DNA of 20,000 bases from Rozella allomycis CSF55 (GCA_000442015.1 KE560636.1:59181-79180), one strand, 5' to 3'; shown: positions 1 through 11,647, counted from the stretch's first letter. The notes: generated by a model not told the origin, from the letters alone. Numbers and translations: made by a program.

Positions 1-147
1 TGTAATCGAAAGTTTGTGTTGATCACCGATTACAACTAGCTCGGACTTTCTCATGTTATGAAGATTTTACAGAGAAAGAAATATTTATGAATAAATAATC
101 ATCTCAATATTTATTTTCAGTCATTTTGACATTGTGATTTTTCGAAA

Positions 148-2341
148 ATGGCGACAGCGAGAAACAAAACCTTGAAGCCTCCACAAGAGTTAGATTTAGA
201 AATACCTGTTTGTTTGACAAAATTTCATGATATAGATGACACAAAGCCTGTATTTCCTGCATCTAAAGGAAAAGGAGTAGTTACGAATCAAAGGCAGCAG
301 GAAAATATAGATTCTAATATAAAAAGAAAAATGCCGATGGGCGCAAATTCACATAAACGCCCAAGGTTAGATATTCCACCACCTGTACCTGTGAAAAAAG
401 CTATGGTATCGAAACCAGCAACCAGAGTTGCAAAGCCAGCTCCAGTTTCCAGAAGTAGGGTTACGGTTCCAAAGACTGCTAGTGGGAGACCAATGTCTAC
501 TTTGGAATTGCAGGTAAAATATTAGTAATTGAGTGAGGAGAATCAAATGCTTGCGATGGGAGAAAGAACAAGTGCATTAGAATCACAAAATTTAATGGCT
601 CAAGAAACTATTCAAAGCATATCAGATAAGTTAAAAGAGAGTGAAAGTAGAGTGAATGAAATCAAGGCGACACTTGAGAGTAAAGTACAAATCAAGGAAA
701 TGGAGTCTGTTGAAAAGCAAAAAGAAATATATGAGCTGAAAGCCAAGATGCATGTAATCAAAATTTAAATAGTTAAATTTAGCAAAGAGAGTTAGAGATG
801 GATATGAAATTAAGATCTTTAAATGAGAGTCATGAAATGAACGCAAGAAGTTTAAAGGACGACATAAGCAGATTAAATGAAAAGGTTACTCATCTTAAAA
901 GAGATTGTGAATTCAAGGAAGAAAAAATATTTCAACTGAATGTAATTAGTCTTGTTAAAGTATAATAGAAAACAATAGAGTCACAATCACTGGCAATGTC
1001 TACAGCATCAGTAGATAATCAAACGTTAAAAGTCAGGCTTGAATCAATGGAAAATGCACATAAAGTTTTGATTAAAGAGAATGAAGAGTTAAAGAGGAAG
1101 CTTGAAGAAGCAAATGAAACAATTAAAGCGTTGGAAAATCAAATTCAAGTTGATGAAAAGATTAGAAGAAAGTTGCATAATGATATTTTGGAATTGAAGG
1201 GAAACATTAGAGTATTTTGTAGAGTTAGGCCAATCCTACCAGGGGAAAGTGAAAATTCAGAAGAAACGAAAATTCAATTTCCAGAAAGTAAAGAAGAAAA
1301 TCAGATTGAAATTTTGCAAACCACGGAACATTTTTCTGATAATTCAAAACAAATTGTTAAATCTTTACCTTTTCAATATGATCGAGTTTTTCAACCAAAT
1401 TCTTCTCAAAGCCAAGTGTTTAATGAAATATCGCAGCTTGTCCAATCTTCACTAGATGGTTACAGAGTTTGCGTTTTCGCTTACGGTCAAACTAACAGTG
1501 GAAAATCTTACACAATGGAAGGCCCCGCGATATTTGATGAAGACACAGCTGGAATGGTAAAATCAAACCATCATTATTTAATCTTAGATTCCAAGAGCTG
1601 TAAAACAAATTTATGAAACTGCCGAAGAGCTAAAAGAAAAGGGGTGGGAATATGAAATGGAAGCAACTTATGTTGAAATTTACAATGAAAACATTAGAGA
1701 CTTGCTAGGAAACGGCGAAGAAAAGAAACATGACATTAGACACTCAAATGGCAAAACTATAATCACAGACATCACAACAAGTAAATTTATTTCTGCATTA
1801 CGAAATCAGTTCAAGTGAAAGATGCTAAACAAGTTCTATCGTTAATCGAAAAGGCAAGAAAAAATAGAGCAGTTGGAGAAACTCAATGCAACGAACGTTC
1901 ATCAAGAAGTCACAGCGTGTTCATCTTAAAGCTTAATGGCAAAAATTCTATAACAAATGAAGAAACTGAAGGTGTTTTAAATTTGATTGATTTAGCTGGT
2001 TCAGAGAGGCTATCAGCTTCAGGGGCAACTGGTGATCGATTAAAGGAAACCCAAGCTATAAATAAATCTCTCAGCAGTCTCGGTGATGTCATTGCTGCTT
2101 TGGCTAACAAAGAGCAACATGTACCTTATCGAAATTCAAAATTAACTTATCTATTACAAAACTCTCTAGGCGGTAACTCAAAAACGTTAATGTTCGTCAA
2201 TATTTCACCATTAGCTCAAAACATTCAAGAAACAATTTGTAGTTTAAGATTCGCCACAAAAGTATATTTCATTAATTTTATTCATCATAGGTGAATGCTT
2301 GCCAAATAGGAACAGCAAGGAAAAATATTACACTAAAATAA
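148..2341 (+). CDS. KAR3: Kinesin-14 (Kar3/Ncd/KIFC1-like) C-terminal motor kinesin, about 673 aa spliced
   Basis: Basic N-terminal tail and coiled coil, then neck/motor motifs [60 protein letters not shown]. Introns 514-540 (or -537), 754-782, 942-968, 1557-1587, 1781-1809, 2262-2290 restore the frame (GM|IPRAV, FATK|VNACQIG). Confidence 0.95.
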
Positions 2342-2374
2342 ATTTACTTTTGTCTAAGACTCTAAATTTCTTAA

Positions 2375-4361
2375 ATGGATACTCTAGATTATTTAAAATT
2401 GTATTTCAATGAAATCAAAGAAGAAAAACTCTTAGTACAAGAAGAAAAGGTTAAAGAACAATTATTCGACACAGTCCTCAAAGAATACCCCAAACTCAAA
2501 AGAGTCGTAGAAAGTGTTCAAGTTCTAAAAGACCACATATCATTTCTTAAATCCAAAAGACTTGAAAATATATCCATCATCAAGGTAATACTATCTATTC
2601 GCTCAAACAGCCACTTTATGAAAGACTCTCAGAGGAAAGACAGTTACTTGAACAATTGCGAAAACAAAAAATGCAAATAGAAAAAGAAAAAGAAAAGACT
2701 GTAATCATGATAAAGTTGGAAATGTTGCTCAATGATATTATTGTATCAAGTGATATCAACAGAATTGTTACATGCATGTTACAGATAAAGAGAATACTAA
2801 AGCAGTACAATATAGAAACTCAATCATTTGACTTTGTAATTATTACATATTTGTATTATAGAAACTAAAGGAGGCTAAAGAAAAGACCACGAAACAATTG
2901 GTAGTCTTGTTTGTTAAAGACCCATCGTCAGCCATTAAATATGCCAGTCTTTGTGATTTAATGGATTGTCTATACGACAGATTTAGGGATTACAGGTTCA
3001 AACCGTTTATTAAAAAGTACCTGGATGTCAAAAAAATGGATTCCAATTCCCTTGAAATTCTTTTACAAAAAATTATAGAATTCTTAAACGAGAATCACTT
3101 TAAGGAAATCCAGGAGACTATTTCTAAAGTCAAAAATGCATCTTTTATTGTTTATTCAATTCTTCCTACTTTGGTATCCACACTAATTCAACGACACAAT
3201 TCAATATTTCTTCCTGGAATACCATCCAAATTTCATCAAGTACTTCAATTCTATTCTTTAAATGTAGAATTATAAGCTAATAAATCAATTTATTGATGAT
3301 TTGAAAAGAATTGCTGCGAATGAGGATGAATTAAAGTTGATTAACGAGTCAGCATGTTTAACCGATTTGCTATTAAAATTTAACACTGGAATATATTTTC
3401 AAATTTTATATAATGATATTGTAGCCGAATTAGAAGAAGTCTTTGGAATGCCATCAATCCCGCCACCTTTGGAAGCATACGATATAGAACAAGACGAAAG
3501 ATTTCATTTCTCTGCTTCAACAAGATATCTTTCATCTTTGAACAAAATTTGGAGCGATAAATATTTTATTGGCCGACAAAAGGATATGTTCTGGAAGCTA
3601 ACGATGCAAGTAAATAATTTGAACAATTACAATGTAGATGAACCTGAGGTATAAAATGTGGGTAGAATCACAATCCTTTCAAGTACCATAAATAATATTT
3701 TATTCTAGGATTTGAAAGGCAATGTAGCCCTGTACTTTGATGCTAAATCTGTTCCTCTACTTGCCCAGCATATATTCGAAAAAGATATATCCGGTCATTT
3801 ACCAATGGAACATAAAGAAGACTTTTCAGTTGCTTTTAAAAATACAATTATGCTTAACGTCAATGTCGAATCCAAAATATTAGAGTGTCTGTTATATTCT
3901 GCCAGCCAAAATATTGAGCAAGTGAAAACCTTGCCAAACATTTATAGAGGAAACAACAAAGCGGTAATGCATTAATTATTTTAAATTAGTAGATGCCAAC
4001 AGAAAGTTCAGATTTCTTGTTATCGTTTTTTGAGCCTTTCCTCACATTTGAAACTACTTACAAGAATGTCATTCAAATTAGCTCTTTTGCTTTAGACTAT
4101 TGCAGGAATTTGATTCCATTATATTGCGAAGCCATCGATAAAGTATTGAAATCCATAAAAATCGCAGAAGAAAGTATAAGGAAATTAAGGAAGGTTAAAA
4201 CGACATCTTTTCATTCAGATGAAGACAAAATTAAAATGCAAATAACTTTAGATATTGATCATTTAATTCAACTTATAACCGCCAAACTTGGTGATCAAGG
4301 AAGGTCTTTTGATTTTAATCAGTTAATTGAGTTGAAAAATTTGATTACCAACAATGTATAA
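2375..4361 (+). CDS. COG2: Conserved oligomeric Golgi complex subunit 2 (COG2), divergent, about 607 aa
   Basis: Spliced motifs IFLPGIPSKFHQ|NY, FNTGIYFQI, FWKLTMQ|MNLRY, IYRGNNKA|MPTESS and SDEDKIKMQITLDI resemble the COG2 C-terminal domain. Phase-0 introns 2585-2610, 2836-2861, 3240-3267, 3610-3637, 3683-3708, 3964-3992. Confidence 0.8.
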
Positions 4362-4452
4362 ATAAACAATATTTAAATTATCTTGCATTAATGCTCGAAT
4401 GGGAGATCGTCACATTGCTAACGTTGAAATATATTTGAAAACGATAGAATGA

Positions 4453-4590
4453 TAGGTCATGCAATTGAGGTTCTCTTGAAACACCTCATGGAACATTACC
4501 TACAGTGTTATATATCCGAATGTCAAATGTAGACGAAATACTATCACTTTTATAATTCACTTGCTACATTCGTGCGTGGAGAAAGAAAAG
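4453..4590 (+). repeat. Copy 1 of a diverged direct duplication of an upstream (promoter-like) region
   Basis: Blocks TAGGTCATG..TTGAGGTT..CCTCAT.GAA, TATATCCGAATGT and CAAATGTAGACGAAA recur in the same order at 5061-5250. Confidence 0.85.
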
Positions 4591-4613
4591 GCACAATTAA
4601 CTAAATTAACTTA

Positions 4614-5013
4614 ATGAATATTAGTATTTTCTCTATTACCATCTTGAATATCAGATATGTGCTTCACATGGATTATACTTTTTACTTCGCGCTCATACAC
4701 CCACGGAGATAATCAGTCAACCTCAACTTCGCGTACGCTTGGAGGTAGCATATTGGGCACGAAACTACTATTGGATAAGGATAAGAGAATATCAATAGGC
4801 CTTGAATCGATGACGATGAACTTTGCAAAAGAGGTTGGAGAAGAACTATATCGGGAGGTATATATGTTTAATTCGCAACTTGATTTTGACGAGGCTTCAG
4901 TGGTAAATGGCGAGGCCTATTACTACTCTCTTAGTTATTGGACTGAATTGTCGGATGATGAATTAAATGTTTGCTTGGATTCTCTTAGTCGAATCGAATC
5001 TCCAAGTTCATGA
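4614..5013 (+). CDS. Small orphan protein with possible signal peptide; candidate truncated paralog of the downstream HECT gene
   Basis: ORF 4657-5013. An ATG at 4614 plus a 31-nt GT-AG intron (4624-4654) extends it in frame to MNINMCFTWIILFTSRSYTHG. C-terminal SDDELNVCLDSLSRIE resembles SDEELYFAVRSLVQIE of the next gene. ATTAAA lies about 10 nt after the stop. Confidence 0.5.
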
Positions 5014-5060
5014 AACCATTTTAATTAAAAAAATTTATAGTGATATAGATTTGTTAAAAT

Positions 5061-5250
5061 TAGGTCATGAATTTGAGGTTCACTTGGAGCGCCTCATTGA
5101 ATATAACTTTGTCAAGTAATCGACTCTTCTTAATTATACCGTTGTCCAGTATATATCCGAATGTACCCTAATCTCCAAATGTAGACGAAAGATTACTATT
5201 TTCGTTCTTCACGTGTCCTTCTTAAAACGTTTAACCCACGTGAAGAATAA
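5061..5250 (+). repeat. Copy 2 of the duplicated upstream region, directly 5' of the HECT gene
   Basis: Collinear matches to 4453-4590 with insertions. Confidence 0.85.
5205..5247. promoter_or_regulatory. Perfect 11-bp inverted repeat with a CACGTG (E-box) in each arm
   Basis: TTCTTCACGTG (5205-5215), 21-nt spacer containing AAACGTTT, CACGTGAAGAA (5237-5247), ending 15 nt before ATG 5263. The regulatory role is inferred. Confidence 0.5.
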
Positions 5251-5262
5251 GCCTTTTCATTG

Positions 5263-7326
5263 ATGCAAGTTCTAATATTCCTAACTATTCTTTCTTCCTT
5301 TTATATTGTGTGTTGGAGTCTATTTAATGAGGATGATCAAGTCATGGTGAGGTTTCCATTACCAGATTCAAACAAATTTGCGTACCTTACAGTGCGAATT
5401 ACAAGAAGCCAGAATAGCTTGGGATCGAAGTCTAGAAATATTGCATTTTATCCGATAAATTACGATTTTCCACCATATGAAGAGATTGTGAGATCTTTTG
5501 ATATAAGACTTGTCCGTGATAGCATACAACTTCGCTATCGTGAGAGTGATGAATCTGAAGACACATATTTGACTGTTAATGGAAAATGCCAATTTGTAGC
5601 TCGCACTGATAGGTTTGGAAGAGGAGGTCATTTTGAACTGATTAGTAGCGAAAATGAAACCTTTTATAGACTGAAAGTCAAAAATAGAATGAAGTTTCTA
5701 AAGGCAAAGCCCAACGGGTCGTCAGTCAATGAATTAGTCCCTTCTTTGTCGTCATATAGAAGCGAACAACAGGACAAATACTTTTTTCAAATTGTTCCTA
5801 TAAAAACTAAGGTCATGGTAGAAAGGAGGTTTCCTATTCTAAGTAGGCAGCATCGCAACAGACCGTCAATGGGAGAGTCAATTGCAACACTTGCCTCAGA
5901 TAACAACGAAAGTTTGACTCCAGGTGCAACACAAACATTTATTGGTCAATCACCACCTGGGTCAAGCACAGTTGAACAAATTTTGGAAAATACTCAAGAT
6001 GAAGACGTAATAAATTCAGAACCAGGCTCGTTGTTGACTTCGATCCCAAGTTCAAGTTTAACTATGAGTGATTATAGTGATTATAATGACACGATTCAAG
6101 AGATGGAAGGGCACAATAATGAATGGTTGACGGATGATTCTTCTGATGAGGAACTATACTTCGCTGTCAGGTCCCTTGTTCAAATAGAACAACAAATAGT
6201 TTATATACTACCATTGGTTATTGATAGAACCGATATTATAGGGCCTTTGAAAAGAGAAATAACTGAAACACTCAAATTTCTGCAGAGTCACGCAGGGTAT
6301 AATTCACGGAAGTTGAATTTACGAGTCAAATTTAATGGGGAAATGGGACAAGATTTGGGTGGATTAACAAAGTAACTAGATTATACTAACCAAATTAAAG
6401 ATCTTATCTTACCCTTCTTGGCGAACATTTTCTATCACTTCCTAACTTTCTCATCAAATCGGAATCCGGGTTTTACTATCCAGCTGGGGGATACCGTGAT
6501 AAAGACATGCTGATTTTATTGGGTGTTTACATCGCGTTATCTCTTCATCATGAATTGCCTTTAGTTTTTAATATTTCTCCTTCTTTCATCAATCTGATGA
6601 CTGATGAAAATTACATGCCATCTTTATATGATGTATTAGTAGAAGAGCCTAGTACATATAAGTGGATAATTAATTTTTTGACGTAATAACGATTTACCCG
6701 CAATTTAGTCAAAATGTCGAGACTCCATTTAGTTTGGACATTGGAGAAAAAGAAGTTTTTGTTGATGAACAGTCAAAGCACACAGTGGCCAGGTAAGAAA
6801 GGTGTTAATGGTATATAACACAGGGAATACGTCAAATGGCTATTGAAAGACCAGATCGTCGATAGTGCCAAAATAGTTGCCAAAGGATTGAAGTTTATGA
6901 TACCTAGTGTTTTTACAAAATTTTCTGATCAATTGAATTCAATAAATATTGAAAGGGAAATTAACATTGAAGAACTGAAGAAAGTTACTATATATGATGA
7001 TTATACTGCTTTTGATTCCACAATAATATCATTTTGGCGAGTAATAAACTATTCTTTATTTTAAAAGTACATGGCAGAAGCCGAAAATAGCAAAAGACAA
7101 AAGGTTCTCAAGTTTATCACAGGAATGACACATATTCCAAAGGAGGGCATAATGATTAAGAAATGCTCAGACATTAATCGATTCCCAGCTGCACATACTT
7201 GGTAAAGATTTATTTTACAATCAAATTAGCAACAACGGTTTCGATTTGCCAGAATATTTGGACTACGAAACACTCAAATATAAATTAGATGAAGCGATCG
7301 AACAAAATACATTTGGATTAATGTAG
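5263..7326 (+). CDS. HECT-domain E3 ubiquitin ligase with N-terminal signal peptide-like segment and beta-trefoil-like domain, 640 aa spliced
   Basis: Introns 6372-6400, 6683-6708, 6793-6823, 7041-7067, 7202-7229 give a 1923-nt open frame. HECT motifs LRVKFNGEMGQDLGGLTK, IISFWR, KVLKFITG, RFPAAHTCNNGFDLPEY (catalytic Cys) and terminal FGLM* (-4 Phe). N-terminus is MQVLIFLTILSSFYIVCWS. Confidence 0.92.
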
Positions 7327-7338
7327 AATAAATTTATT
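7327..7338. terminator. Palindromic bidirectional poly(A) signal AATAAATTTATT between convergent genes
   Basis: AATAAA on + (7327-7332) directly after the HECT stop, and AATAAA on - (7333-7338) 14 nt past the eIF2B-alpha stop. Confidence 0.6.
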
Positions 7339-7352
7339 ATATGGTTCATGAT

Positions 7353-8481
7353 TTAATAGTAAAGTTTGATCAATTCGTCAGATACTCCAGAGGGTGTCAG
7401 AACCCCAATGTCTGTAAATAGTAAGGTTATGTACGCTGGAGGAGTGTAGTCCAACAATGGACTAGCTAAATCCTATTATTCAAACAAATGTAGCATTACT
7501 TCCTTTTTTATAATTGGATCATTCATCATTTGATTTGAAAATGTTCTATAGCTTAAACTGGTCGGAGTCCCGGTGGATAGCTCAGATTGGCTCAAAGGAA
7601 ACAAGCGAACAAACTTGAATGATTCCGCTACGGCGTAAAATGGTTTATTTGCCGCTTTGGCCATAACTGAGATTAGGTATGTCCCAATCTAATATTAATG
7701 TTCAATAGTAAAAGCTACCTGATTGATCAAACCCCCATTTTCCACAAAGCCTTCGGCACCAACTAATACCATGTCGATAGATTCCATATAATAGCCGACA
7801 GCCGAATCCAAAATGACTTTGACTGGGATTCCTGCCTTACGTAAAATTTCCGCGGATGATATTCTAAATATCACTGAAAGTCAAATTCAGTTACCCTGAA
7901 CATCCAGGCCTAGCTTCAGTGACATAAACGGTAAATCTTTTGTTGGCAGCAGCAGCCTTCAATAGTACCAAAGTAACAACTCTTGAATATGAGTGAATTA
8001 AAATGTTCTATCCTTAAAAATATTATCGCTTACAGTTCCATCGCGGATAAAATTCAATGCTGATTGAGCAATTTTTTGCCTACACATTGACGCCTTTTGC
8101 TCAAACTTGCTTCCTCTTTCATAAAGTCTCTTTTTGCACTTTTCAAATTCCTTTTCTTTTATTAAATATTATACATACAATAAAGTCTGTTGCTGTTCTG
8201 GTAACGAAACGGAGAAACAACTCGCACCCAGCTGAAACTGATACAGCGTCATTAAAATGTCTTTTCAAACTTTCCACTGATTTTTCTATTTCTTGAATAA
8301 ATTCTGCCATTGTATTCGCTATTCCAGATTTAAATATTTTTTACCTTTGGATGTTGGAATGAGCTCAGAGAGAGCTTTAATAGCAGCAACAGGCACAGAC
8401 AAGTCTTGATCTGTCTGTAATAAATTTTCAAAGTGCTTTATGACTTCTAGTCTGGTGAAAAAATATTTCTTTACCTGCCAT
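7353..8481 (-). CDS. GCN3: Translation initiation factor eIF2B subunit alpha
   Basis: Spliced motifs [90 protein letters not shown]. Introns 8447-8474, 8319-8344, 8151-8178, 8008-8033, 7864-7894, 7689-7718, 7473-7499. Confidence 0.96.
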
Positions 8482-8630
8482 TAAAACTGAAAAATCGAAA
8501 AATAATTGGAATATAGGTGAACTGTTTTTATAAAGATTTATTTAAATAATGGAAGATTTGTATTGTTTTCTTTTTGAATACCATTTTAATTACGTGGCTG
8601 AGTGCCAATTTCAAACTCAGGTGATATAGC

Positions 8631-11600
8631 ATGACGGATGAGGCAGGTATTTAAATATGGCAAAATTAAAAGATATCCATAAACAGGCAGCCAAGATTCT
8701 GGCGCATCCTTCAATGAAAAGTGCCAAAGATATCCCTATCGTGAGAAGACGGTCTCTGATTGATCCGACGAGGGCGCCATCCACAAGAAGAAAGCTTATA
8801 TCCCAGCCAGTAGACAAAAAAGACGAAACGAGGTTCCATCCATGGAAATGGTTTTCGTATTTGATTACATTTTGGGCCCCGCCATTTGCTCTGAGGCTGT
8901 GTGGCAAAAGAGATAAAGCAACTCAACAGGGTTTTAGAGAAAAGATTGCATTGTGTTTTATCATCTTAATCCTTTGTGCAGCTGTTGCCTTTCTTACATT
9001 CGGCTTGCAAAGAACGCTGTGCCCACCTAGTGAAAGTTCAGAAAGCCGGAAAAGAGTATCATCATTTGTTAATAACCCTGGGCCGTTTGTATCTGTGTTT
9101 GGAAATGTGTATGCAATGTCTGATATATCCAACATTGCTAATGATCCGAATTTTCCGTTTAGTCAGATTGGAACTGATTTAACATTGTATTTTCCACCTT
9201 CTCCGGATATTTGTAATCAATCGCCTACTGTTGCTGGATCTTTTAAGTTTCCGTGTTCTGGCAGTCAATGTATGGATAGAAATTTGTTACAAGGATTAAA
9301 AACAAACGCCCTATTCTTTTTATGGGCTGATATTTCTAAAAATTATATAGTNTCCTACTGTTGCTGGGTCTTTTAAGTTTCCGTGTTCTGGCAGTCAATG
9401 TATGGATAGAAATTTGTTGCAAGGATTAAAGACAAACGCCCTATTCTTTTTATGGGCTGATATTTCTAAAAATTATATAGTGTACAATGGAGAAGTGATG
9501 GACATGTCATCATATGTTAGTCAAGGGAATCAGTTCTTGGGGCCTGTTGTTAATGATTTAATTTTGAAGAATTTAGGGAAAGATGTTACTGTTGCCTTGA
9601 AAAGGTTGGATCAGTCTGGAAGAACCGCAAAGTGCTTGGTGCAAACCTTTAAAGTGGGGAATGTTGATAAAGAGACTAGAGGTTGTTTTGCAGCACAATT
9701 AATAATGATGATATCTTTAGTTATTATTGTATGTGTGATAATTGTGAGGTTTCTCATGGCTGTTACATTTGATTGGTTTATGAGTAGCCAGTTGGATAAG
9801 TTTTCTAGAGACAAAGTAGCCAAACAAAATGCACAAAGAATGTCAAGGTATACATTGCCTAAAGCCAATAGAATGTCTGTTGTTAGTAATAAAACAAATA
9901 GCAAATATTTTCCACAAATTGATTTTGACTTTGACGATGATCCGTTTGTAGTTTTGCTGGTTACTTGTTATTCTGAAGGCGAAGAATCAATAAGGTCGAC
10001 CATTGAATCTTTGGCGGAGACAGACTATCAAGACAAGCGTAAATTGTTATTTATTATTGCTGATGGGTTGATTACAGGATCAGGGAATCCAAAGAGCACT
10101 CCTGACACCATTTTAGATATGATTGACATTGATGATGCATTTCCTGAACCGATTCCAATGTCATATTCAGCTGTTGCTGATGGATCTAAACAACATAACA
10201 TGGCAAAAGTTTATATTGGAGAATTCAAGTCACGTGGGCATGTAGTGCCAGTCATTGTTGTTGTAAAGTGTGGTACCCCTGAAGAATCCAAATTACCAAA
10301 ACCAGGAAATAGAGGGAAAAGAGATTCTCAGTTAATTTTAATGAACTTTTTTCAAAAAGTTTTGTTTGATGATAGAATGTGCCCACTTGAATATGAAATG
10401 TTTACAAAGTTGCATTACTTGATGGGTGTGACTCCTGATAGATTTGAAATTGTTTTAATGGTTGACGCTGACACTAGAGTGTTGCCAGATTCGTTAGGGA
10501 AAATGGTCTGTGCTATGAGAAGGGATAACATGGTTATGGGATTATGCGGCGAAACAAGGTAAACTTATTGTACATTACATTATAGAATTCATAACAAGAG
10601 AACTTCATGGGTTACAAGTATTCAAGTATTTGAGTATTACATTTCTCATCATTTGGGAAAAGCATTCGAAAGTGTTTTTGGTGGTGTCACTTGTCTCCCT
10701 GGTTGTTTCTGCATGTAAAATACAAAACCATGAAATTAAAAGGTATCGAATCAAAGCATTCAAGAATGGTTCCTGGGTTCCCATTATTTCAAACCCTGAA
10801 ATCATTGAAGAATATTCTCAAAACGTTGTTCAAACCTTACATGAAAAGAATTTGCTACTTTTAGGTGAAGATAGATTCCTCACTACCTTAATGCTTAAAA
10901 CTTTCCCTCACAGAAAACTTATTTTTGTACCAAACGCTGTTTGTAAAACGTAATTGCATTATCCTTTATGTGACCAGGGTCGTCCCTGATGAATTTAAAG
11001 TTTTACTTTCTCAACGAAGAAGATGGATTAATTCAACCATTCATAATTTATTAGAGTTAGTCAGAGTTAGGGAATTGTGCGGTATTTTTTGTTTTTCAAT
11101 GCAGTTTGTTGTTTTCCTTGAACTCATCGGGACTGTCGTTCTTCCAGCCGCTATTATCTTCACCTTTGTGCTTCTTTATACTACTTTCACTACCCCAAAT
11201 CCTCAAATTATTCCATTAGCTCTACTCGGTGCTGTGCTAGGTTTACCAGCTATCTTAATCTTAATGACAACTAGAAAAGTTGTTTACATATCTTGGATGC
11301 TAACATACCTTTTAGCTCTTCCCATTTGGAACTTTGTTTTACCCGTATATGCGTATTGGCATTTCGATGATGTTAGCTGGGGTCAAACAAGAAAAGTTGA
11401 CGGTGAGGGGAAAGACGACCACGGGAAAAAAGAAGGGAAATTCAATTCAAACTCCATTCCGCTAAAACGGTGGAATGAATGGAGAAAGTATAATGATGAG
11501 CAGGGAAATTTTCATATTCAAGTGGATAAACCAACAAAGGAATTAATGAAAGAAAAGAAAGAAAAGGAGAAAAGAAAAGCTGAAATCATTTTCTTGGAGA

Positions 11601-11647
11601 AACCGGATTCTTTATCTGAACAGCGGAATGAGGAAGAAAATCAATAA
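8631..11647 (+). CDS. CHS3: Chitin synthase, division 2 (class IV / Chs3-like), no myosin motor domain
   Basis: Motifs FREKIALC, cytochrome b5-like region, [47 protein letters not shown]. Introns 10559-10585, 10715-10742, 10950-10977 and probably 8647-8672 (start 8631; otherwise ATG 8657). The apparent frameshift at N9352 comes from a 129-nt duplicated overlap. Confidence 0.95.
9223..9481 (+). other. Near-identical duplication flanking single N 9352 (probable allelic contig overlap)
   Basis: 9223-9351 vs 9353-9481, with four synonymous differences (TCG/TCT, GGA/GGG, TTA/TTG, AAA/AAG). Confidence 0.85.

Noticed and set aside
1479..1518. Kinesin P-loop variant GQTNSGKS as an inactive motor
   Set aside because: The GxxxxGK[ST] consensus and both switch motifs are intact.
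4453..5250. LTR pair, transposon ends or CRISPR-like repeats
   Set aside because: Only two heavily diverged copies, no TG..CA ends, target-site duplication or transposase/RT motifs seen; each copy sits at an equivalent position upstream of an ORF, fitting tandem gene duplication.
9352..9376. Chitin synthase as a frameshifted pseudogene or two genes
   Set aside because: The break coincides with an N-flanked duplication; collapsing it restores one frame with all catalytic motifs.
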